From NCBI RefSeq assembly GCF_001194135.2, contig NC_069005.1, forward strand, positions 33,121,185 through 33,185,184: a DNA stretch of 64,000 bases, written 5' to 3'. The notes beneath the pieces were generated by a model that saw nothing but the letters and a program-made list of their open reading frames with translations, was not told the origin of the DNA and ran no database searches. The DNA comes from Octopus bimaculoides (lineage: Eukaryota). Positions 12,831 through 24,748 of this stretch are shown here, in pieces. The translations under genes and the position numbers were made by a program. Positions within the stretch are counted from its first letter, which is position 1. Each line of letters starts with the position of its first letter.

Positions 12831-13849
12831 CATGCTGTTGTTTGTTTTGGTGCAAAAGGATTTTCTGTCGATTTCCAATGTTCCATAGTTTAAGGTTTCC
12901 GATTCGTCTTCCTTTTCGAATCCTGTCGCTTCGTTTATTTCCATTTGTCCATCTGGAAAGGAATCGATTCTGATCAATCATTAGTAATTAACCTTCCATT
13001 ACAATCATTGAGAAGTCTCTGTATACGTAAAAAAAAAAAAATTAAGATACCCCGTTTTAATTGGAAAAAAGAAAAAACGAAAACAAATCCCATTCAATTC
13101 GAAATCTTTTCCTCAGAATTTACGGCGTGATTAAGTCCCACCCTAACCTCTCTTCAAANNNNNNNNNNNNNNNNNNNNNNNNNNNNNNNNNNNNNNNNNN
13201 NNNNNNNNNNNNNNNNNNNNNNNNNNNNNNNNNNNNNNNNNNNCTTCCTTCTTGTCATTCATATCTCTTTCTTCTCTCTATCTTCACCGCCCGCCCACCC
13301 CCTCCACTCTCTTTAATCGACGCCATTCTGTATGTACCTACCTAACCAGTCTTCAACGTTAATACCAAAACCGCTTAAACGTCTCCAAAAGTGACCTCAG
13401 CAAATCAATCAGCCAAGTATGGTACATAAAACTACAATACACGGAACCAGCACGCACGCCTCACACACACACACACACACACACACTAAGTCGACCGTTT
13501 ATTTACGGCACACCACACCACACATTCAACCTTATCTCTCCACTCATTCACTCGTTTTCTTTTCTCTTCTGTCTTTCACACACAGACACACGCACATCCG
13601 TAAAAATCTAGTATCTTGTTCCGATGTAAGAAATATTGTGGGTATCATACCGCGTATGATCTGTATAGGTGTTCCGCTATTGTTTATAGATACAACTATG
13701 CTATATAATATGTTTGTGTCGACATGTTTCACACGTAATACGCACATTTGTATATAAGCAATAATTATATATTTACACAATATGTTTATAATGTAAGTAG
13801 CGACTGCTATTGAGTGCTAAGAAGCAATTGGTTGGTGTGCGTGTATGTA

Positions 13850-13908
<59 letters not shown>

Positions 13909-14599
13909 NNNNNNNNNNNNNNNNNNNNNNNNNNNNNNNNNNNNNNNNNNNNNNNNNNNNNNNNNNNNNNNNNNNNNNNNNNNNNNNNNNNNNNNNNNNN
14001 NNNNNNNNNNNNNNNNNNNNNNNNNNNNNNNNNNNNNNNNNNNNNNNNNNNNNNNNNNNNNNNNNNNNNNNNNNNNNNNNNNNNNNNNNNNNNNNNNNNN
14101 NNNNNNNNNNNNNNNNNNNNNNNNNNNNNNNNNNNNNNNNNNNNNNNNNNNNNNNNNNNNNNNNNNNNNNNNNNNNNNNNNNNNNNNNNNNNNNNNNNNN
14201 NNNNNNNNNNNNNNNNNNNNNNNNNNNNNNNNNNNNNNNNNNNNNNNNNNNNNNNNNNNNNNNNNNNNNNNNNNNNNNNNNNNNNNNNNNNNNNNNNNNN
14301 NNNNNNNNNNNNNNNNNNNNNNNNNNNNNNNNNNNNNNNNNNNNNNTGTATCCCCTCAAATGTATTGCACAGACACACACACACACACAAACGTGAGTGT
14401 TCGAGTAATTTCTTTTTATATTTAAATAAAAGGTTGTGACATGTGGGCTCTCCGAGGGCAGCAGCAACATGGAAAATATGTCCAAAATTTCTCAGTACAC
14501 ACACACACAGAAAGCATCTATAGATGTAGATATATATATTATATATATGTATATATATATATATAGTTCATGAACACATGTCTCGATGCGTATGAGGTC

Positions 14600-14933
14600 T
14601 TGCCGAGGAAATACGTTTACTGTGACAAGGGAAGTAAATAGCAGCCTTTACTGGCGGGAATCAAGTTACCTCCCTTTATACATTTGACGTTTTCCGTCAG
14701 CTCGCGTGTACACACACACACACACCCACCCTGTCTGTTATTCTCGTTAAGTGCAGCTATTTAGGAATTAGTGTGTCGTAGTCATCCCCAGAGTTAAGCC
14801 TGGACAGGGTGTAACTGAAACCCTCTCCTCTATTTTCACCTTCTACCCCGCAGAACCAGCCCCCCTCCTCTCTCCTCCATTTGTAATTTTTTTCTTTGCA
14901 TGGCTCAGTTCTAACAATTTGCTTGGTAAGTAG
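14600..14933 (+). promoter_or_regulatory. Putative promoter/first exon of the + strand (BLTP2) transcription unit
   Basis: Unique, CpG-containing sequence near the end of the CpG-rich zone. Two adjacent strong donors: TTG|gtaagt (14926) and AG|gtacgt (14934); a third, GTG|gtgagt, at 15020. CpG-depleted sequence follows from ~16.5 kb. Confidence 0.4.
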
Positions 14934-15954
14934 GTACGTTGGTGTGTGGAGGTTGTGGGTAGAACGATAGTCGTTAGTGAGTAAAGTAGCTGCGAAAAGA
15001 TGTGGTGGTGTCGGTGGTGGTGAGTGTTAATGAGGATGGGAAGTAACAGGCCGTCGTCGCTCGCTGTTGGAATGGTTTACATTCTCCCTGTCTTTATCTC
15101 CCCTTTTCTTTTTCCTTTTTCTCTCTGAAGAAACAACAACCATAGGGGGGGGGAAGAGGTGGTGGTGGGCAGGTGTGGCCTACATGTTCTCCACATGTTC
15201 CAAACATTCATCATATCATCTCCTGTCCTCCATCTCCATCTGCCATCTCTTTCTCTTTTCCTCTCTCTCACCCATTCTTGTCTTACCCACCTTCTTCTCT
15301 CTTCATCCTCTTCTTTCCCTCTCACTCCATCTCTTTTTATTTCTTCTTTTTACCCCCACCCACCCTCCACTTCCCGGTCTTTCTTTGTATCTCTTCCTCT
15401 TCCCCCCCCCCGTTTCAATCTCACTCACCTCTCTTGTTTCTTCTTTTCCTTTTTCTCCCCTTTATGTCTCTCTTCACCTCTCTCCCTTGTCTCTCCAATC
15501 CTCCCCCGCCTTTCTATATCTCAGTGACTCTATCTCTTCGCTATTCACATTCTGTCTTACCAAGTACAAAATACTGCCATGCAATATGCTTTTCATTCTC
15601 TCACACATTACTCTTCATCTCTTCCTCTCCCTCTCCACCCTTTCTCTCTCTCTCTCTCTCTCTCTCCGAGTGTCACGTACTTTACTCATTGTGTAACCCC
15701 TCCCCCCTCTCACTTTTTCTCTATATTCCTATGCCACTCATTATCTCTCTTATCACTCTTCCTTATACTCTCTCTCTCTCTCTCTCTCACTCAATTATTC
15801 CTTCTCTCTTACACAAACCGACCCCATCACATCCTACCTCATTCTAATCTTATCATCATGGTCACCTCTAATTGAAGCTACTCTAAAATCATCAGTTGAT
15901 TACCACTTTTGAAAAAGACGTACAACTATCAACATCACACAATTTTCACTCTTG

Positions 15955-15992
<38 letters not shown>

Positions 15993-16198
15993 GCACACAC
16001 ACGAATACACATGCACATACACACTCCTCTTAACATCCACTTCTGTGCTAGCATGGATCAGGCGGCATTTATTGGGGCAAAGTTTTTTTGTTGTTGTTTT
16101 TATGGCTAGATACCCATCCTGCCCTCACATGTAAGCTCCTATTTCCTCTTGATTGCAATTAGCCAACAACTCGAAAGCCAGACCTGTTTTCCTGGCAG

Positions 16199-16320
16199 AT
16201 GTAAACAAAGAGATCGTCTGTTGTTTACATAGTGCTCAGGCGGCCGGATATGTTTTAACGGTAGAATTAAACAATGACACCGTCTACATGGTTACAGTGT
16301 TTATGCAACATGCAAACAAT
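16199..16320. promoter_or_regulatory. Forkhead/Sox motif cluster (possible intronic enhancer)
   Basis: GTAAACA 16201, TGTTTAC 16222, TAAACAA 16268, TGTTTAT 16298, CAAACAA 16313; Sox-type AACAATG at 16270 and 16315. Unique, non-repeat sequence. Confidence 0.3.
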
Positions 16321-16690
16321 GTCGAGGTAGCAGGAAGACATACATACACATACATCCCTCCTCACACTGGCATGCATACATTCATAGATATACACTGTCA
16401 ACCAACATCAGGGTCAAGGCATTATTGAATCAGAGTCTATAGATAATCAAGGTGTGATGGACTGCCAGAATTGTTGACCTGTTGGACCAAGAGTCTCTTG
16501 CAGTGCTTCTGGTTTTGAACCTTTCAAGTCCTGCTTAGATGGACATTACCTTTTATCAACCCAGGATGCTTCATATAAGTACCAGTTGAGTACTGGTGTC
16601 GATATAATCAGTTACTCTACTGACCTGCTCTGATCACTAAAATGTCAATCAATAAGATTTTATTTATTTGCATTTCTGAATAAATAAATT

Positions 16691-16795
16691 GGCGCAGGTG
16701 TGGCTGTGTGGTAAGAAGCTTTCTTCTCAATCACATGGTTCCTGGTTCAGTCCCACTGTATGGCACCTTGGCAATTGTCTTCATACCATAGCAAT
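16691..16795 (+). mobile_element. SINE family A copy (5' half)
   Basis: ggcgcaggtgtggctgtgtggtaagaagc...ggttcagtcccactgtatggcaccttggcaattgtcttc. Confidence 0.85.
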
Positions 16796-16860
16796 GTTGG
16801 GGGACAAACACACACACACAAACATACACATACACACATATATACATATACATATATACG

Positions 16861-17016
16861 ACGGGCTTCTTTCAGTTTCCGTCTACCAAATCCACTCACA
16901 AGGCTTTGGTCGGCCCAAGGCTATAGTAGAAGACACTTGCCCAAGATGCCACACAATGGGACTGAACCCAGAACCATTTGGTTGGTAAGCAAGCTACTTA
17001 CCACACAGCCACTCCT
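16861..17016 (-). mobile_element. SINE family A copy, inverted relative to 16691-16795
   Basis: acgggcttctttcagtttccgtctacc...gggactgaacccagaacc...ttaccacacagccactcct. Confidence 0.85.
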
Positions 17017-18276
17017 ACATTTTATACATTTACAACACACACACGCACTTTTTTTTAGTGATTCACAAGCACTTCAAACCTGCTGAATCTGTTACTGTAG
17101 TTTCACTCCTAATCCACCAGGCCAAAAAATCAAAAGCTGTTCCAGTATGATCATCTAACTTTTCTGTGTATGAAGGACGGCACTGTCCAACATGTCCTTC
17201 TTTTTCTATATCAGAGTGGTTCAACCGCTATTTCTACCAGATCAATCAACTATGTAGAGGTTCCTTTGCAAGTCCTCCACAATTTGTGAATTTGATACAG
17301 TTTGAGTATCCATTTTATCTCCTCGTGCCATAAAGATGACAGCTCTTTTACTGAGATTCATTAGGATAATTCATTATGACTATATAATTTTTACTGTAAT
17401 TTCATTTAGTTTCATTTACATTTGGTTAAATGTTTAAATAATGGAGAACAAAAATCAATAGTTCCCAATAATTAAACATTTTTCTATTAGAACCCTGCTA
17501 TGTTGACTTTGTCTTTCATCTTTTTCACATCTCAGTAAAATAAAAAAAACAGTTCTGGTACTAGTTTTGATTATATTGATGCTACTCCTTTCTGAGTCAG
17601 ATCCCACCTAGGTCAACTTTACCTTTCATCTTTCTGGGATCAATAAAATAATTTTAAAAAAAATCAAAAAACATTAAAAAAATCTCAAAGAAGTGTAGTG
17701 TTGATCCTACAATACCACCTTCTCCAAATTTTTTTAATCTTGTGTCTAAGTTAGAAATTAATTATTTTAAATTTTATTTTAAAAAAATATCTTGCTTACT
17801 GAGCAAATTTGAATTAAAAAAAAAATTATGCTGACAACTAAAGTGTTATGCTCCACTTAGCATGTAAGGCAATAAAGTATAAATCATGGCAGTTGTGATC
17901 AAAAGCAATATATATATATATATGTATAGAATGTATAATTTTTATATTTGGTTGACCAAAATCAATGCTGGCAACTATTAATAGTTTCCTTGCATGAGAG
18001 CCACAATAATTCTTCAGGTTGCCATCTTCCTGCTGGTTATGCACTGTAAATATGTGTCATCATCATCATACATCTGTTTTCCATATTGGCAAATACATTC
18101 TATTGTACCAGAATCTTTCTTTCTCTCAGTTTATTAAACGCAGTAGAATTGAGACAACTATGGATCCTCTCTTATCACTAAATCAAAGATGTTCCTGATT
18201 TTCTTTTTTTGGCATTTTTATAGTTTATTACTTTTATATCCTTTTATAACCTTTGGATAAAAACAGCCCCCTTTTA

Positions 18277-18460
18277 TTTTGATTGTGTAAGTTTTGTCTT
18301 AGACTTAATTGCTTAACTTCTTTAATATGTAATATATATAAAAAAATAAATCCATACAAACATAATTTTTAAATCCAGACTATAACAGGTTAGGGTGGTA
18401 AAAAGTGACCTGATGATTGGCCATTGGCTGTGCATTTTGTCAATCATTGTAAGAAATATA
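18277..18460. repeat. ~185-bp dispersed repeat, second direct copy at 49541-49731
   Basis: Near-identical gtaagttttgtcttagacttaattgcttaacttctttaatatg...ccagactataacaggttagggtg...aaaagtgacctgatgattg at both loci. The - strand end TA-CAGTG suggests a Tc1-like origin. Confidence 0.85.
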
Positions 18461-19609
18461 CCCATCCATCTATCCCTCTTCTCCGCTTACTATTTCTAGG
18501 ACGGTTGTGACGGTAGAGTCCTCAGGCATCTCAACTGTAGGGACCTTTGAGAATCAAATGTCATTCCCGCATTCCTGCTAGGTTCCCAAGCAGATTTTAT
18601 TGTAGCCCCCCCCGCCCCTCAACACCTGATATTATTTCACTCAGTACGTGTCATTTACGTCACTCTGTATTCCCCCCCTTCTCTCCCCTGCTCCTCCATC
18701 ATTCTCTGCAGCCATCTCCTCTATGACATACATCAGATGGCTGGGGTTAACAGTTTCTTCAGATTAACTTTTAAACAACACTCAAAAGAAGAAGAAGATG
18801 TCCTAGCATAAAACAGAATTTCAAAAAAACAGCAACATGTATTTATTTTGAGTCTGCTGTTTAACCTTATTTCTGCAATAGGCTAATTAAATTACTTCTT
18901 TTACTTGATTTCTCTGTGAAATGTCTGTCAAGAATGAAGCTATAAATACTGTGTATGCAATAACATTTTAAACATCTAAATTACTAGCCTCAATTGTTTG
19001 TTTTTTTCCCTTCTTTCTTTCTGACACTCAAAAATACTTTACTGATTTTCACTGCATTTAATGAGACCACATTAAGTTTGTGCATTTTTGAAAGTTTCCA
19101 TGTAATGGCTTTGGACAAGAGGAAGGGGCTGTGTTTGTGGTTTCTGCTGGGTCAGCTGCACGAAAAAAATATGAGCAGGAAGGGAACTCCAGAGGGTGGT
19201 GGGGTTCTGGGGTGGAAGGACTGCAAGATTGGTTAGTGCCAGGCTTGGGAATTGACAATAGAGGGTGGACACAATATTGGGTGATGGAGATACAAGTCAG
19301 TAGGAAGAACCTACTTGGAGTTGGCACAAATGCATTGCTGTTGTTTAGCTCCCATTCACTCTTGATTAAGTGCACTATGATCAAAGGCAACTCATCCATG
19401 ACCATCCCAACTGTGTAGCAGTATCTAAAACTGCTTATCCAGTGTATGCTTTCTTGTTGCTGTTAACATTTTAGGGTGATTTGAGATAGATTTGGCTCAT
19501 TTTCTAAGTCATTTGAGTGAACACAGATTTGGACACTTAATGAACACTTAATGGTGATTTGCCCATGTGAGTCTGTGTCTTTGAATATTAAATAGAGAGT
19601 GAGTACATA

Positions 19610-19845
19610 TTGTGTTGAATCAAAAGTTTTGCCATATTTTGGTAACATATTTACTTTATTCGTCAAGTTACAACAAAAGCAGCTTACCATTCAAAGTGGA
19701 GGCCATCATGTTGCACCATCTAAAGCCACCTTTCTGCTTGTTCATTGGTGCCACACTGATACCAGTTCTTGATCTTTGAGACAAAGAATTCTTTCACTAA
19801 TGCTTGCGCTTCATCTTGGGTGATGAAAACTTTGATTCAACACAA
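19610..19845 (-). mobile_element. Internally deleted mariner element (236-bp MITE-like derivative)
   Basis: TIRs TTGTGTTGAATCAAA(A)GTTTT at both ends, TA duplication at 19608-19609 and 19846-19847. The - strand encodes VFITQDEAQALVKEFFVSKIKNWYQCGTNEQAERWL*MVQHDGLHFEW*, a mariner transposase C-terminus with one premature stop. Confidence 0.85.
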
Positions 19846-21844
19846 TAAAATCTGTGACATATAAAGTATTAAGATATGGATACTAAGAAGAAAAAGAAAG
19901 AGCAACTTGTTCTCTTCTTTACCAAGATTCGGATAAACTGGAATATTTATAAATAATTATGAACATTATTGAAATAAGGACAATCAGTTGATTACAATAA
20001 TTGTACCAGTAATTATCAATCTTGAATTTTTTTTATTTTAAAAAGAGATGAATTTCCTGTTTTGAAATTACTTGAAACTACAAATAATTTCTATTCTGTG
20101 TCACATTCTGGTTTTTTTTTTATGTGGCCAGGTATGAAATAGTAACAAGTTGGCTTGATGATGGTTTTGACTGTAGTTTTTTTGTTTTTTTTGTGGTTAT
20201 TATTGTTTACCTTTTTTTTTTTTTTTCATGTTTTTACCATTGAACCTAATCAAAAGAAAGAGCTTTAGAAAATTATCTAATTTAACACTGTCTAAATATT
20301 TGATATGCTAGTGTTTGGTAATAATCCCTCCCTTCCAAACGATCAAACACTGTATGTTATTGATCTTTTAATTATTAGAAGCTTTTCTCCATCTAGTGTC
20401 AGTATTGCATTACATCAAATCAATAAGAAGNNNNNNNNNNNNNNNNNNNNNNNNNNNNNNNNNNNNNNNNNNNNNNNNNNNNNNNNNNNNNNNNNNNNNN
20501 NNNNNNNNNNNNNNGAGGGAGGGAGGGAGGGGGGGAACGACAGCAGCAACAAAAATTAGTGTGAAAGTAAAGAAGAGTAAATCGAAGAATTGCTGTAACT
20601 ATAGAGTTAATTTTAAGATTTTTGCATACTTTGATGGCTTAATTGGTTGAGATCTTGGTTCTTTGTTTTTTGTTTCTTTTTTCTTTTTTTTAAAGTTGCA
20701 AACACAATCGGTATTTTCTGACATTTGAGGTGCCCAGAAATAGCTCTCTTATCGATTCTTTGTCTCTTCTTAATGTGCATTCAACCTGGCCATGCAGACA
20801 CTAGAATTTGTAAGTTTATTTTATAGTATCATAAAGATAAAAGAACTAGTACAGGTAAATATTAGTGCTGTTGTTGCTGGAATTGATACTGCTGTTGCTG
20901 CTAAAGCCTGTGTCTTTCTCTCTTACTCTTTCTCTCCTTTCTTTTACTGTTGTAACTAAGGGCAACTAGGATTGGAATTAATGTATTTCACTTTTGTTAT
21001 CTGGTTTTTATAGATAGATTTACAGAGAAAGTGAATTATGTTTGTATAATGGCTAAATTATCAAAGTGGGGAATATATTGTTAGAGAATGGTACAGAAGC
21101 CTGACAAAAACCAACTACCACCCCCTTCTACCCCCTTCCGCCAAAATACACACAAATAAAAAGAAAGCATGAAATGTAAAAGGAAAGAATGAAAATAGAA
21201 AATTAATTTTAGGAAAAGAGTCTTGTGGGTATTTTTTTTTCTCAATCATTCTTTTGAATTTACTTTATTCTATTTTGTTTATTAAAAATCAAAATTGAAT
21301 ATTGGTGTCTTATTGTCATTTCAGCTGGTGTCATTATCCAATCAGTTTTGGCATCTGTTTTCTAATGCTGACATTGATCTAAACAGATTAGTTTCTTAAA
21401 CCGACCAATTTACATTGGAATATTGACAATCTACTTTATCTTGCATTCTTCATTGCTGACCTTTCATATTTTCACACACAAAATTCTTCTTTCACCTCTC
21501 AGCTACACATTATTATTATTATTATTATTATTATTTCTTTTGTTTTAGATTCTTTGCTCCATGCTAGAATGATTCTTTGAGTAATATTTTTCACATGTCT
21601 TCACAACACTTTTTTTGTCTTATTTGGTAATGATTTTTGTATATATATATCCATGACAACACTTCTTAAAAACTGTTTTGTAAATCCATTATCAGCTCCA
21701 CCATCATCTGTATCATCGTTATCAATTTTAACATTATATGTATATATTTTTTTTTATTTATGTTGGGTATGGGTTAGATTGATCTGTTGTATAAAACATG
21801 TAAAAACCGTGTCATCTCATATGTTAAGCCTAATATTAGTTTCC

Positions 21845-22052
21845 AATTTTGGCACAAGGCCAGCGATTTCAGGGGAGGGTTTAAGTTGATTGCACCAATC
21901 CTAGTGCTCAACTGGGACTTATTTTATTGACCTTGAAAGGATGAAAGCCAAAATTCACCTCGGCAAATTTGAACTGAGAATGTGAAGATTGATGAAGTAC
22001 CATGAAGCATTTCGCCTGGTGTGCATTAGTACATTAGATTCTGCCAGCTCGC
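21845..22052 (-). mobile_element. SINE family B copy (minus)
   Basis: Reverse complement of family B (ttgaccttgaaaggatgaaagcc...aatttgaactgagaa...ctgccagctc). A second minus copy lies at ~22811-22942. Confidence 0.8.
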
Positions 22053-22219
22053 TGTCTTATTTTAAGCCAAATATTGAAGTCTCATCCATCTATTTATCTA
22101 TCTAACTAATGTTACCTATATGGTTGTCTATCCATCCTTCCTTCTGAGATTTCCCTTGTCTTATCATAGTAACTTCACAGCCAGATTATGCTGAGTCGAC
22201 AAGGTATTTCCTTTTCCCT

Positions 22220-22560
22220 TAGAATTTGCTGCATAGGTGGGCAATTGTCAGGTGTGGCCTTAGCTCCCTTCTTTCCCAGCTATTATTCTTGACATTTCTA
22301 GGTCTTTCCGGAGAACTCTTACATGCTGACAACCTAGTTCTCATTATAGAACCTGTTGAACAGTTTTTAGAAAAAAAAGTCTTAAGCCTGTAAGAGTGGT
22401 CTTGAGTCAAACAGCTTACATAACAATATGGTAAAGGCCAGAGTAGTATTTAGTATCAGAAAGCATGATCATGAATAGTATGTGGGAAGTAGTTTTGATC
22501 AAATGTGTAGTAAATGGGGTATCAAGAGATATGAATACAAAAGCAAAGACTCAATGCTAG
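22220..22560 (+). mobile_element. Degenerate RTE-clade LINE reverse transcriptase fragment
   Basis: Decayed QG..L.P..F motif, then GLSGELLHADNLVLIIE (YADD box, from 22301), then after a frameshift KSGLESNSLHNNMVKARVVFS (cf. KxGLESKGLxVNxxKTKV). Confidence 0.8.
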
Positions 22561-23922
22561 AAGTGGAATCTCTGGCAGATTGATTGGTAATCCAAGCTTC
22601 AGACAAATGGGATTAATTAGAATGAGAGATGTCTATAACAACAGAAATCTCTATGTAAACCAACAAGGAACTCTTACATGCTAGAAATAGTAACAAAATC
22701 ACCCTCAAATTGTCCTGTTCTGTATGATTTAGTACGTGAAGCAGTTGTCCAAAGTTCCACCAATTCTGCCTGTGCACTACTACTATTACTACTACTATTT
22801 ATTTTATCAACTTACTTTATTGGCCCCAAAAGAATGAAAGGCAAAGTTGACCTTGGCAGAATTTGAACTCAAAGCATGAAGATGGATGAAATGCTGCGAA
22901 GCATTTTGCCCTGTGTGCTAATGATCCTACCAGCTTGCCACCTTATTAATAAAAATAATAATAATGACAATAATTAGGTGTGTTATTAACCATCATCATG
23001 TTGATCTTTGTTCTAGTATGTTTCCGTTATAATACTACCAGTTTCATTAACTATTATACTCTTAATTACTCTCTTGATTTTTGTTTGTCTAATCTACATA
23101 TCATGTTCCTCTTTGAAGTGAAGGAGAAGGAGGAGTTTGGCTATCATTTTTTTCTTTTCCTCTGCCATCTTAAATATTTGGGTAACAGCTGCTCATCTGT
23201 TGATGTACGTGTACATATGTGCATGCATTTGTGTGTGTTACAATTTGCAAATATCAGTTAGTGTTAAGCATGCACACATACACATACACTTATAAACCCG
23301 TGCACACACACACACACACATACCTGTTTGTCTGGCTGGCTTTCTCTCCTCTCTCTCTGTCCTGTGCTCCCCACCACACCACACACCAGTTTCTCTCTTT
23401 GTTTGCTTCTCTCACAGCCAACATTTTCTCAATGATATTCCAGTTAACATTATTCCTCTTCTCTCTCCTACACTCATCAACACCAATTGGAACTGTTTCA
23501 CGTTTCATTCTCTATATTTCATTTATTTATGTTTGAGCTCTCAAATAAGAACATAAAAGTACTCAATACAGAGGGGTAAAGTGTAATAAATAAATGCAGT
23601 GCTCAGATTATGTATTACTAAGAGTTTTGCAAAACTCTGTGTATGTGTGTTTATATATATATCTTCTATCTTTCACCTGTTTCAGTCATTAGACTGCGGC
23701 CATGCTGGAGCACTAGGTGCCAGACAAGGATTCTGGATCATTTTTCCAGTTTTTTTACGTAATTTTTGAGAGTGGTCAGGTTCATTTTTAGAATTCTTGT
23801 TTGTGAGAGCAGTCAAGTTTATTTCAGATGTTCTCATTTTAAAAATCATCTCCAGCTAATGTTGAGAGGACGTTGGCGGAGGTTTGCGCTCTCTGAGCAC
23901 TCTTGTTATTACTATTTAAGGT

Positions 23923-24125
23923 GGTGAGCTGGCAGAATAGTTAGCACTCTTGGCAAAATGTTAGGCAGTATTTCACCCGTCTCCACGTTCTGAGTTCAAA
24001 TTCTGATGAGGTTGATTTTGCCTTTCATCCTTTCAGGGTCAATAAAATAAGTACCCGTTGAGTACTGGGGGGTCAGTGTAATTGACTTGCCCCCTCTCCC
24101 AAACTTGCCGGCCTTGTGCCAAAAT
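23923..24125 (+). mobile_element. SINE family B copy
   Basis: ggtgagctggcagaatagttagc...gagttcaaattctg...gcctttcatcctttcagggtcaataaaataagtacc. Other + copies at ~25987-26157, ~32170-32310, ~49880-50070 and ~50072-50275 (tandem pair). Confidence 0.8.
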
Positions 24126-24310
24126 ATTATTTAAAGCAATTTGATTTGGCTCTGTGCGACTTAGTTTCATAGGCTTCTAACAGAAACCTTCTTCATTCAG
24201 GCTTAGATTATCAAATGGAGAAATACAGGAATCTCAACATGAATGAGCTAGGTTTCTTTTAGAAGCCTGCGAGAGTCACATGGAGCCAAATCAAACTGCT
24301 TTGAATAATA
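24125..24310. mobile_element. TA-flanked MITE with ~60-bp imperfect inverted arms
   Basis: The left arm tattatttaaagcaatttgatttggctc...aggcttctaacagaaacct pairs with the right arm aggtttcttttagaagcct...gagccaaatcaaactgctttgaataata. Confidence 0.65.
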
Positions 24311-24706
24311 ATATATGTAACTCCTGCTAAATGTGTTAAGTGCCCTTTTCTTTTGCTTGTCCACTCATATAACCCATGGCAGCATGGAAAATGGACACTA
24401 AATGACCATGATGATGATGATATATATTAAAGCTTATTTGATGATAAAAATTGCACTTGTTTAACTGAACCTAAAACATGTAACAGAGAGACTTTTTCTC
24501 TTTGAAGTAGAAAGCAAAGGTTTTTAACAATAGGATGCACCTCAAAGTATGAAGACTACCTAAATGCCGGCCTTGTAATCTCACACAAACAATATTCAGA
24601 GGGGTGTCCAGGGTGGGGAGAGGATAAATCATGCCAACATGAAAAGACTGAAGACTGTGTTGACTTCTAAAATACTTGAAGACTTCTGATTCTGATGCAT
24701 GTGCTT

Positions 24707-24748
<42 letters not shown>

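Noticed and set aside
13773-14504. Long ORFs in the track spanning N-runs (also at 29.8, 30.7, 35.5, 43.8 and 55.3 kb)
   Set aside because: They are artefacts of gaps and dinucleotide repeats (X, HT, YI, CV runs).
15067-15875. S/L/F/P-rich ORFs of up to 224 aa (also 3177-3511, 11266-11718, 51382-51677)
   Set aside because: Translations of CT-rich low-complexity tracts with no domain signal.
20158-20195. MMVLTVVFLFFLW as the BLTP2 first exon
   Set aside because: T-run low complexity and a non-consensus donor (gttatt).
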